This document shows positions 20,772 to 28,984 of a stretch of 64,000 nt of DNA, piece by piece; positions within the stretch are counted from its first letter, which is position 1, and every line of letters begins with the position of its first letter. Position numbers and translations under genes: made by a program. The stretch comes from an uncultured bacterium (lineage in GTDB: Bacteria > Margulisbacteria > WOR-1 > CAVSGV01). The notes beneath the pieces are model-generated. The model made no database searches. It was not told the DNA's origin and saw only the letters and a list, made by a program, of their open reading frames with translations. Location of the stretch: NCBI GenBank assembly GCA_963768305.1, contig CAVYHE010000008.1, positions 64,001 to 128,000 of the forward strand, written 5' to 3'.

Positions 20772-21209
20772 ATGGAAAATAAAGGGTACAATACAAATCT
20801 TGCCTCAGAATATTATGTGCTATCTATGCTTTATCGAGTTGGCGTAAACGCATCTATTACCATAGGCAACAAAAAGTCTGTAGATATTATGGTGGAAAAG
20901 GGCGATAAATTGTTAACTATTGACGTGAAAGGACTTCGGGATACATCATGCTTTCCGATTGATAACTTGAAGAATAAAAAACCCAACCATTATCTGGCAT
21001 TTGTATCATATCGAAACAGCATTAACAATCCAGCCGTTATTCCGACGGTTTATATTGTTCCTGCAAATGAGTTAGAGAAAAAACATGCCAAATTAGGCGG
21101 GAAATCAATAGTTTATGTTAATCCAAAGGGAAACAGGAGGGTTGTCGAATATCATCGCCTGAAAAAACTCGGTAAGAAATATCTTAGCAGGTGGAAATAC
21201 TTTATTTAA
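20772..21209 (+). CDS. Putative PD-(D/E)XK nuclease-like protein
   Basis: LASEYYV..VDI..IDVKG pattern. Confidence 0.6.
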   Translation: MENKGYNTNLASEYYVLSMLYRVGVNASITIGNKKSVDIMVEKGDKLLTIDVKGLRDTSCFPIDNLKNKKPNHYLAFVSYRNSINNPAVIPTVYIVPANELEKKHAKLGGKSIVYVNPKGNRRVVEYHRLKKLGKKYLSRWKYFI

Positions 21210-21273
21210 ATCCCAAACGGTGCTCCTCTCGCTTCACTTGTTCCACTATCCTTATCGTCGGAAAAGTAAAGCA

Positions 21274-21400
21274 GGGGATAAGGGGTAAGGGGTAAGGGAT
21301 GGGGGACAAGGGTTAAGGGGAAAAGGGGCAAGAGGTAAGGGACAAGGGTTAAGGGGTAAGGGACAAGGGTTAAGGGGTAAGGGACAAGGGTTAAGGGGCA
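21274..21400. repeat. G-rich heptamer tandem array (AGGGGTA/AGGGACA/AGGGTTA)
   Basis: Direct reading; includes a 21-nt higher-order unit about 3 times. Confidence 0.95.
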
Positions 21401-21777
21401 CGGGAGGCGGCAAGGCGGCGAAGTGAATTGATCAGGCCATTTATCATCATTTCAATTTCGCTCAATTCGTTGATCATCATATGCGCGTCGGCTTCGCCTA
21501 CATATTTCAAGTCTTTAGAGAGAGAAACATGACTCTTGCTTTCCCCCGCGGAACCGCGAGCATTGAGATAGAACTTTATTTTGTCATTTGAATGATAACG
21601 GTTAAAGCCTTCGGCAATATTAGCTGAGATCGATGAGGCCGCCCGCCTCATCTGATCAGTAAGGCTGAACCTTTCATCCCGGGGGAACTTATTCGTTATC
21701 TGATAAATCTTGACAGTGAAAGCATTAGCCTGCTTCCAAACTTTGAGATCATAAAATGTTGTTACCTTTTCTTTCAC
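21391..21777 (-). CDS. Four-helix bundle protein (23S rRNA IVP / bAvd-like)
   Basis: DLKVWK, FPRDERFSLTDQMRRAASSISANIAEGF, ARGSAGE. Confidence 0.93.
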   Translation of the reverse strand: MKEKVTTFYDLKVWKQANAFTVKIYQITNKFPRDERFSLTDQMRRAASSISANIAEGFNRYHSNDKIKFYLNARGSAGESKSHVSLSKDLKYVGEADAHMMINELSEIEMMINGLINSLRRLAASRAP

Positions 21778-21784
21778 TGTTTTT

Positions 21785-21846
21785 GCCTTATCCCTGTTCC
21801 TTTATCCCTTATCGCTGATCCCTTATCCCTTTATCGCTGACCCCTT
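21785..21846. repeat. C-rich heptamer array (CCTTATC-type), inverted relative to 21274-21400
   Basis: CCTTATC CCTGTTC CTTTATC CCTTATC GCTGATC CCTTATC... Confidence 0.9.
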
Positions 21847-22359
21847 TTACCTGAACCCTATTCCCTTGCTTTCTTTCGCCGGCGGCGGCTCAATTAATTT
21901 ATGTATCGCCTGGAATATCAACTGAATGTCTTCGCTGTTCTTGCCGACTATTTGTTCAAGTTGTTCAAGCTTGTGAGCTAAATCTTTATGGGCAGACACC
22001 ATCTGCTTGAACCGCACGAAAACACGCATTATCGCTATATTGACCTGTATCGCTCTTTCACTATGCAAAACGGACGAAAGCATAGCTATACCTTGTTCGG
22101 TAAAAGCATAAGGTCGGAATCTTCTCCCACCCCAACTTGATATCACAATTTGTGATTTCAAGTTTTCAGCTTCCCGCCAGGTAATTTTGAACATAAAATC
22201 CTCAGGAAACCTTGCAATATTTCTTTTGACCGCCTGATTTAGGACAAAAGTTTTCACGCCATAAAGAACTGCCAAATCCATATCTAACATGACTTTTTGG
22301 CCGCGGATTAGATAGATCTTGTTCTCAATAATTTCCTGTGGGACCAATGCTTCACTCAT
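21847..22359 (-). CDS. ORF6N domain DNA-binding protein (copy 1)
   Basis: IYLIRGQKVMLD.DLA.LYGV, RFPEDFMF, AFTEQG.AMLSSVL.S.RA, C-terminal IGF. Confidence 0.93.
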   Translation of the reverse strand: MSEALVPQEIIENKIYLIRGQKVMLDMDLAVLYGVKTFVLNQAVKRNIARFPEDFMFKITWREAENLKSQIVISSWGGRRFRPYAFTEQGIAMLSSVLHSERAIQVNIAIMRVFVRFKQMVSAHKDLAHKLEQLEQIVGKNSEDIQLIFQAIHKLIEPPPAKESKGIGFR

Positions 22360-22489
22360 AATAAGCAAGAAGCAGCAATTATATTGCCGCTATATTTGAA
22401 CATAAAAATGATAAATTATTGTAGATATTAATGACAGTTGTAGCGAATTTCGACAATAGTATGAATCAGTCGCAATCTGCGACCAGTTC

Positions 22490-22530
22490 AAATCTCTGGT
22501 CTCAAATCTCTGATCTCAAGTCTCAGATAT
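22490..22530. repeat. Heptamer array (AAATCTC/TGATCTC)
   Basis: AAATCTC TGGTCTC AAATCTC TGATCTC AAGTCTC AGATATC. Confidence 0.8.
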
Positions 22531-23300
22531 CATTCTACAACTCGAATAGTCCAGAAGTCATCGGACAAATTTTCATCCACCAGGTAATCATAAGGCAAAG
22601 TGAAATAACCCTTCATCCCCCACCCCGTGCCCCACGAATTCCTGACAATGAACCATTTATTCGCATCATCATATCCTACAGCCATTACAGCATGCCCGCC
22701 TTCCAGTTTATCTTTCGCTCCCGGCATCTTCGCGTGCCCCGTCTTTGCCACGGCCGCGGTCATGAAACTGTCATATACCGAAAATCCGAACACGAACGGA
22801 TATCCCGACGCGAGACACCCTTTCATCTGGTTCGCAATCCGGCTCACGCGCTGATATAACACCGCCTTGTGCTTGACCGCATTCGTGTAGCACGAAACAG
22901 GCGGCTTCTGCGAGAACTTGGCAATATCATACGGCCATAACTTTTCGGGACAATCACCTTGCTTCCCCACGCTCTTTATCCCGTCCCTGATCTGCGCGCC
23001 GCTGTCACTATCAATAGTGTGCTCCATCACGCGCTCATTATAATAAATGAACAAACGCGACGGCATGAAATATTTTCCCTTCTGCTTTATCTGCTCGAAT
23101 TCCATCGCCGCCGCGATCGCATTCGCTGTGCAGCTTCCTAATTGGCCCTGGTCATATACCAGAGGGCATTGGGCGCGGAGATCGACTTTTGCCGGAAGTT
23201 TGGCTATCCATTCCAGAGGAGCGGCATATATGTGATCGCGGTGGTCTGGGATATCAGGAATCCAACCGAAAGAATTCTTAAGTTTAGGTTTAGTGCTCAT
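22530..23300 (-). CDS. Papain-like C1 cysteine protease
   Basis: DQGQLGSCTANA, GGHAV, VRNSWG. Confidence 0.93.
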   Translation of the reverse strand: MSTKPKLKNSFGWIPDIPDHRDHIYAAPLEWIAKLPAKVDLRAQCPLVYDQGQLGSCTANAIAAAMEFEQIKQKGKYFMPSRLFIYYNERVMEHTIDSDSGAQIRDGIKSVGKQGDCPEKLWPYDIAKFSQKPPVSCYTNAVKHKAVLYQRVSRIANQMKGCLASGYPFVFGFSVYDSFMTAAVAKTGHAKMPGAKDKLEGGHAVMAVGYDDANKWFIVRNSWGTGWGMKGYFTLPYDYLVDENLSDDFWTIRVVE

Positions 23301-23366
23301 TGGATTTTCGGGCCAAGATTATAGCATAATTTTTCAAAAACCGAATACAAAAGTCTTTTCTCTTCG

Positions 23367-23625
23367 TACTTTCTTTGTCTTGATACAAAGAAAGTAACCC
23401 CCTAAAGGGGGCAGGCATAGAAAAATCAAGCGTTTCAAACGAGCTTTGTGGTCTGCCCGAATATTGTCTTAGCCCTTGAAACGCATTTTGGGCTGGTCGA
23501 TTGGCCTTGCCTGCTTTAAATGAGATCAATATGCGCTGAATAGTATCCATTTCTGTAGCTATTAAAGGCAGGAAAAGGGCGAGCCTATTTTTTAAATTAG
23601 CCCTTCGGGCCCACTCACCAATATT
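23367..23625. other. Structured non-coding element (multi-stem, possible pseudoknot)
   Basis: 12-bp perfect stem whose loop CTTGAT is complementary to ATCAAG 23425-23430; further stems. Confidence 0.55.
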
Positions 23626-23671
23626 AACTTATCTTTTAAGAAATGGGGATCTGGAGATCCGACTTGATGCC

Positions 23672-23729
23672 TTGTTAACACTTGACAATCGGGTTAACCT
23701 ATGTTAACCTATGCCATACAAGTTAACAA
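23672..23729 (+). promoter_or_regulatory. Promoter with four GTTAAC operator-like palindromes
   Basis: GTTAAC at 23674, 23693, 23703, 23722 around TTGACA 23682. Confidence 0.65.
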
Positions 23730-23749
23730 TATCACAGGAGGACATTATT

Positions 23750-24031
23750 ATGGCTGGAACAAGGAAAAATAAGGAATATTTGAGCATACCTGAAGCGGCC
23801 AGGATGCTGGGGATCAGCAGGATAGCGCTTTACAGGAAGGTCAAATCCGGCATTATCAAGGCCGAAAAGATCGGCAGGAACTACGCGATTCCGAAGAAAA
23901 ATATCAAAGATACCATAGGCTCGGAGTTGAGCGAAGCCAGCAAAACAGAAATAGACAAGGCTGTGCACAGGACCGTGAAAGAATACGGCGAAGTCCTTAA
24001 ACTGCTCGGGAGGGAAGATTGGAAATCTTAA
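23750..24031 (+). CDS. Excisionase-type HTH protein, putative antitoxin/regulator
   Basis: YLSIPEAARMLGISRIALYRKVKSG.IKAEKIGR; AGGAGG SD before ATG 23750. Confidence 0.8.
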   Translation: MAGTRKNKEYLSIPEAARMLGISRIALYRKVKSGIIKAEKIGRNYAIPKKNIKDTIGSELSEASKTEIDKAVHRTVKEYGEVLKLLGREDWKS

Positions 24032-24435
24032 CCGTAAAAGAGGTTGAACATCTTTCTTTCCGGCTGGCCCGGGAACTGATGCATTATAACGAACCGATAC
24101 CTGATTTTTCCACTCGATATCCGCATAAACTGGAAAGCTGCATCGCAACGCCTTTCCAAAGCTTCGGAGGAAAAGACCTGTATCCCACGCTTGTGTCGAA
24201 AGGGAGCGTTCTCTTTTATTTAATGATCAAGAACCATCCGTTCCAGAACGGCAATAAAAGGATCGCAATGACCACGCTTTTTGTGTTCCTGCACATGAAC
24301 AAGAAATGGATGAAAGTGGATACTCAGGAACTTTATAATTTTACCGTATGGATAGCCAGCAGCCCGCCGCAATTCAAGGACGAGGCGTTAAAAACTATCG
24401 AGAAATTCATTAAGGAACATCTGATCGAGATTTGA
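24019..24435 (+). CDS. Doc (death-on-curing) family toxin
   Basis: HPFQNGNKR motif, overlaps upstream HTH gene. Confidence 0.88.
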   Translation: MEILTVKEVEHLSFRLARELMHYNEPIPDFSTRYPHKLESCIATPFQSFGGKDLYPTLVSKGSVLFYLMIKNHPFQNGNKRIAMTTLFVFLHMNKKWMKVDTQELYNFTVWIASSPPQFKDEALKTIEKFIKEHLIEI

Positions 24436-24678
24436 TCCTCCAAAATACGACTTTGATGGTATCCCAATTTGGGATACCAGGCATCCAACCTCTTCATGGG
24501 TCAGAATGAACATGAAATCCGGCGGAAACCTTTTTTGATTTCTTCTGACCGCTCGTTTCAATATCCTGGTCTCGATCCCATATAATATTGCCAGATCGCG
24601 GTCCAGCATCACTTTTTGGCAGCGGATAAGGTAAATTCTGTTCTCAATGACTTCCTGCGGGACCAATGCTTCATTCAT
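24436..24678 (-). pseudogene. Truncated ORF6N gene (copy 2)
   Basis: MNEALVPQEVIENRIYLIR...; homology stops after YFGG at the doc stop codon. Confidence 0.85.
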
Positions 24679-24878
24679 AATAAACTGGAAGCAGCAATTA
24701 TCTGGCCAGTATATTTGAGCACAAATTAGACCAGTGATTGTAGTTTATTACGACAGTTGTAGGTATTTTCAACAGTAGTGTGAACCGGTTGCATTTTGCA
24801 ACCAGTTCCCTATAAGACATTTAAAAGGCTTTACAATACACTTGACGATTACTTGACAATACTATATAGTATAAAGAT

Positions 24879-25901
24879 ATGTATAAGCCTGTTTACAAGA
24901 TAACTCCTTACTTCGTCAAGCTCATTGATGAAGCCAGCGCGCTGCGCGAATGGGTGAACAGCTCCACTTTAAAGGTCGCATGGCTTCCTTCTCTCCAAAA
25001 TGAGGCCAGAATTAAAGCTACGCATTCATCCACATCCATCGAAGGCAATCCTTTGGGCATTGCACAGGTCGGAAAATTAATAGGCGCGGGGAAACAAGTT
25101 GCAGCCAGGGATCCCGAAAAAGAAGTGCTCAATTATATTAAAGCTATGCGATGGATAGAAGCGCATTCGCATTCGCCGATAAGTGAAAGATCTATTTTAC
25201 ATCTTCATTCGATCCTTATGGATGGACTTCTCCAAAAAGAAAAACTCGGAAAATATAAGGAAAAACAAAATTATGTGCTCGATGAGAACGGCATAAAAAT
25301 ATACACGCCGCCTTCTCCGAAGATCACCCCCGCATTAATGAAAGAATTGGTCAAGTGGCTTAATTCCGGGGAAGCAAATGACCTGCACAGCATAATGGTT
25401 TGCGCGATCCTGCATCACCGCCTCGTTTCCATCCATCCCTTTTCTGACGGCAACGGCAGGATAGCAAGGCTTCTGGGGACATGGCTGCTTTATAAGAGGG
25501 AATTCGATTTAAGGCATATTTTTAGTTTGGATGATTTTTTTGCCGGCGACAGGAAGCGCTATTATGAAAAGATACAGCAGGCAAGGGAATTGGACAATAA
25601 CCTGACATTCTGGATAGAATACACGGCTGAAGGAATTGTGAGAACACTTAAAGATGTAAGGAAAAGGATCGAATCCTTTCAAATTAAAGCGACATCAGAA
25701 ATAAGCTTGTCAGCGCGCCAGGAAGTGTTATTAAGTTTATTGCGGGATAAGGGACGGCTTTCCGCGCCGGAGATAATTGGTCATCTGAAAGTTACCCGCG
25801 CGAGAGTGAACCAGATCATTCAGCCTTTGATCAAAAGCAAGATCATAAAGGCGGAAGGCAAGGCACGGGCAACAAGTTACTTAATAATGGGTAAGAGTTG
25901 A
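24879..25901 (+). CDS. Fic family protein with C-terminal wHTH
   Basis: STSIEGN, HPFSDGNGRIAR. Confidence 0.92.
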   Translation: MYKPVYKITPYFVKLIDEASALREWVNSSTLKVAWLPSLQNEARIKATHSSTSIEGNPLGIAQVGKLIGAGKQVAARDPEKEVLNYIKAMRWIEAHSHSPISERSILHLHSILMDGLLQKEKLGKYKEKQNYVLDENGIKIYTPPSPKITPALMKELVKWLNSGEANDLHSIMVCAILHHRLVSIHPFSDGNGRIARLLGTWLLYKREFDLRHIFSLDDFFAGDRKRYYEKIQQARELDNNLTFWIEYTAEGIVRTLKDVRKRIESFQIKATSEISLSARQEVLLSLLRDKGRLSAPEIIGHLKVTRARVNQIIQPLIKSKIIKAEGKARATSYLIMGKS

Positions 25902-25910
25902 GGGATCTTT

Positions 25911-26462
25911 ATGCCGGATGAAAATATAAAGCAAAGACTTGATGACATAAACGCGATTTCCATCGCGATAGATACTTATGACGACATATTCTCGGACTTT
26001 GATCCCCGCGATATCCTGGACCGCGACCTCTCCGAGGACCTTATCAACGAGCTCCGCCACCGCCACAGACAGAACCCGAAAGGAAAATACGACATCGTCC
26101 TGGTGGCGCCAAAGTCTATCGAGGACCAGAACGTGGAAAAAAAGATAGTCTCCCGCCTCAACAAATACTTTCATCAGAAATATCTGAGATATCAGAAGAG
26201 CATAGACGAGATCAGGATAAGAGGCATCGTGTATGTCGCCGTCGGCATGGTCCTCCTCACATCCCTCTCCCTCCTCGCGTATAACCTGAAACTGGACCGC
26301 CTCACCCTTGACCTGGTCGGCATTATCTTCATGCCGCTTGGCTGGTTCGGCATCTGGGAGGGCTTTTCAAAGATAATCGATATCCCGTTCAAGCTGAATG
26401 ACGACACCCAGGCGTATAAGCGGCTGGCGAAAGCAGCGTATAAATTCGAGCATATTAGTTAA
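25911..26462 (+). CDS. Hypothetical two-TM membrane protein
   Basis: DTYDDIFSDFDPR, two hydrophobic helices, GWFGIWEG. Confidence 0.8.
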   Translation: MPDENIKQRLDDINAISIAIDTYDDIFSDFDPRDILDRDLSEDLINELRHRHRQNPKGKYDIVLVAPKSIEDQNVEKKIVSRLNKYFHQKYLRYQKSIDEIRIRGIVYVAVGMVLLTSLSLLAYNLKLDRLTLDLVGIIFMPLGWFGIWEGFSKIIDIPFKLNDDTQAYKRLAKAAYKFEHIS

Positions 26463-26510
26463 GAGTTATAAGTTAAAAGTTAACAGTTACGAGTTATGAG
26501 TTAAAAGTAG
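26455..26510. repeat. Heptamer array NNAGTTA
   Basis: TTAGTTA AGAGTTA TAAGTTA AAAGTTA ACAGTTA CGAGTTA TGAGTTA. Confidence 0.93.
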
Positions 26511-26871
26511 TGTGGCGAATACTTCGGATTAAGCCGTTCAGCATCATTTTTACCTGGATCATTTCACCAAGCAGTTCGTTGATCACATCTTCTTTCAGAT
26601 AACCTAGCCCTTTTGCTAAATATAAGTGGTTCATGCACTCGTTTATCGATCCCCGGGAATTGTAAAAGAACCTTATCTTGTCGTTCGAGCGATACCGGCC
26701 GAAACCTTCGGCTATGTTCGCCCCAATGGAAGACGCCGCTCTTCTTATTTGGTCCGTCAATCCGAACCTTTCATCTTTTGGGAACCCTTTCGTGATCGTG
26801 TATATGCGCGTCGCGAAAGAATGCGCCCTTTTCCACACTTCCAAATCGTTAAAGTTCTGTATTTTACTCAT
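26494..26871 (-). CDS. Four-helix bundle protein (copy 2)
   Basis: DLEVWK, FPKDERFGLTDQIRRAASSIGANIAEGFGR. Confidence 0.93.
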   Translation of the reverse strand: MSKIQNFNDLEVWKRAHSFATRIYTITKGFPKDERFGLTDQIRRAASSIGANIAEGFGRYRSNDKIRFFYNSRGSINECMNHLYLAKGLGYLKEDVINELLGEMIQVKMMLNGLIRSIRHTTFNS

Positions 26872-26919
26872 AACTCTTTACTAATAACTAATAACTCATA
26901 ACGCATAACTAATAACTTT
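26864..26919. repeat. Heptamer array TAACTNN, inverted relative to 26455-26510
   Basis: TTACTCA TAACTCT TTACTAA TAACTAA TAACTCA TAACGCA TAACTAA. Confidence 0.93.
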
Positions 26920-26922
26920 ACT

Positions 26923-27432
26923 TCAAAAACCTATCCTCGCTTTCCCACTCTTTGTTAAGGTTAACCTTCGAATATCGCGGACGAGCTCGCGTATATCGCC
27001 GTCGTGCTTAAGTACTCGTTTTTCGAGAATATCGATCTTGGTGGCAAGTTCTTTATTGCCAGCTATCATCCTCCTTAGATGGACAAAGGCTCGCATGATC
27101 TGAATGTTGACATGAACAGCTCGTTTACTTTTTAACACTGATGAAAGCATTAAAATTCCATGCTCTGTAAACGCGGAGGGGGATTTTCGAAATCCTCCCC
27201 AGTTTAATCTTGATATGCCAAATTGGCATATCAAGTTGTCAAATTCCTGCTTTGACAGCTGGAACATAAAATCCTGCGGGAACCGGTCGTAATTTCTTTT
27301 AACTTGTCGATTCAGGTTCCCAGTCGGCACACCATATAGTTTTGCAAGATCATGATCAAGCATCACTTTTTGCCCGCGGATCAGGTAAATTTTGTTCTCA
27401 ATAACTTCCTGCGGAACCAATGCTTCGCTCAT
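26923..27432 (-). CDS. ORF6N domain DNA-binding protein (copy 3)
   Basis: MSEALVPQEVIENKIYLIRGQKVMLD, AFTEHG.LMLSSVL, IGF. Confidence 0.93.
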   Translation of the reverse strand: MSEALVPQEVIENKIYLIRGQKVMLDHDLAKLYGVPTGNLNRQVKRNYDRFPQDFMFQLSKQEFDNLICQFGISRLNWGGFRKSPSAFTEHGILMLSSVLKSKRAVHVNIQIMRAFVHLRRMIAGNKELATKIDILEKRVLKHDGDIRELVRDIRRLTLTKSGKARIGF

Positions 27433-27530
27433 AATAAGCTAGAAGCAGCAATTATCTTGCCGACATTATTGAACATAAAGTTGACAAATGATTGTAGTTA
27501 TTTACGACAGTTGTAGTGGATTTCAACAGC

Positions 27531-27598
27531 TTAACTCTTAATTGATAACTCTTAACTATTAACTATTAACTCATAACTCTTAACTTATTACCTCTTAT
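27531..27598. repeat. Heptamer array TAACTNN upstream of ORF6N copy 3
   Basis: TTAACTC TTAATTG ATAACTC TTAACTA TTAACTA TTAACTC ATAACTC TTAACTT. Confidence 0.9.
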
Positions 27599-27651
27599 AC
27601 TTTCTCCCCTCCCCTTTACATATATACCCCTCTCCTGTAAACTTTCATCAA

Positions 27652-28984
27652 ATGATCAACAATAAATATTTCTCCGCCGACCTGATAAAGATAATAAAAA
27701 CAATTAAGAAAGCGGGTTTTAAGTGCTACATCGTCGGCGGCGGGATAAGGGACCTTCTGCTCGGGTTAAAGCCGGACGTCTGGGACCTTGCGACCGACGC
27801 CAGGCCGGAGCAGATCAGCAAACTATTCAAAAAAGTCGTCCCCACCGGGCATCAAATTCGGCACGGTAACCGTCATAGTCAACGAGATCCCTTACGAAAT
27901 AACCACTTTTCGCTCGGACGAACGATATTTTGACGGACAGACACCCGAGCAAGGTCACATTCTCAAAAGATATCGAACAGGACCTTTCCAGGCGCGATTT
28001 CACGATGAATGCCATCGCCTATGACCCTACGACAAAAGAGCTTATCGATATCTTCGGCGGGCGCGAAGACCTGAAGAACAGGATAATCACGGGCCGTCGG
28101 CGACCCGGTAAAAAGATTTAAGGAAGACGGCCTGCGCCCCATCAGGGCCTGCCGATTCGCCGCCAAACTGAATTTCAAGATAGCAAAAAAGACATTCGAC
28201 GCCATTTCAAAATGCCTCAACGTTTCGAAAAAAGTATCCGTCGAACGCGTCCATGACGAGCTGATGCGGATGCTCGGGTCAGAGAAGCCGTCGATAGGCA
28301 TAGACCTGATGAGAAGATCGGGCCTGCTTAAAATTATATATCCCCGAACTTTTGCAGGGCATGGGCGTTAAACAGCCAAAGCCGTTCCATAAGGATGATG
28401 TTTACTGGCATTCGCTTTATTGCTGCGACGAAACTTCAAGAAACAAGCCCGTCCTCCGCCTTGCCGCCCTCCTCCACGATATCGCGAAACCGAAATGCAA
28501 GGTCAAGTTCACTTTCTATGGCCACGACATTAAAGGCGCCGAAATGGCATATAAAATAATGAAAAGATTAAATTCAGCAATGACAATATCGAATATGTGA
28601 CGAATCTGATACAAAAATCACATGTTCAACTACACATCGATATGGACGGACGCCGGCATAAGGAGATTCATCAGAAGGGCCGGACTGGAAAATCTTTACG
28701 ACCTGTTCGAGCTTCGCGCTGCGGATATCAGGTCAATGGGACGCCCTGTCGAAAAAGACCATCCAAAAGAGCTAAGGAAAAGGATCGCAAAGATATTGAA
28801 AGCCCAGAATGCCCTGCATATCGGCGACTTGAAAGTGAACGGAAATGACGTTATGAAAGCGCTTGGCATACCGCCGGGACCGAAGGTCGGCGAAATACTT
28901 AATAAATTGCTGGATAAAGTCTTGGATGACCCGAAGTTGAACACAAAACAAAAGCTTTTGAGCCTGATAAAAAAGTCTAAATGA
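27652..28984 (+). CDS. cca: tRNA nucleotidyltransferase (CCA/polyA-pol family) with HD domain, several frameshifts
   Basis: [44 protein letters not shown]. Confidence 0.88.

Noticed and set aside
21252..21280. Fourth sigma28-like promoter (GACGATAA on minus strand)
   Set aside because: The upstream TGAAAT box is absent (the heptamer array starts there) and no ORF follows.
21391..26871. Diversity-generating retroelement suggested by Avd-like proteins
   Set aside because: No reverse transcriptase and no TR/VR pair differing at adenines was seen in the window.
21274..27598. CRISPR array
   Set aside because: The repeats are contiguous 7-mers without spacers, and no cas genes are present.
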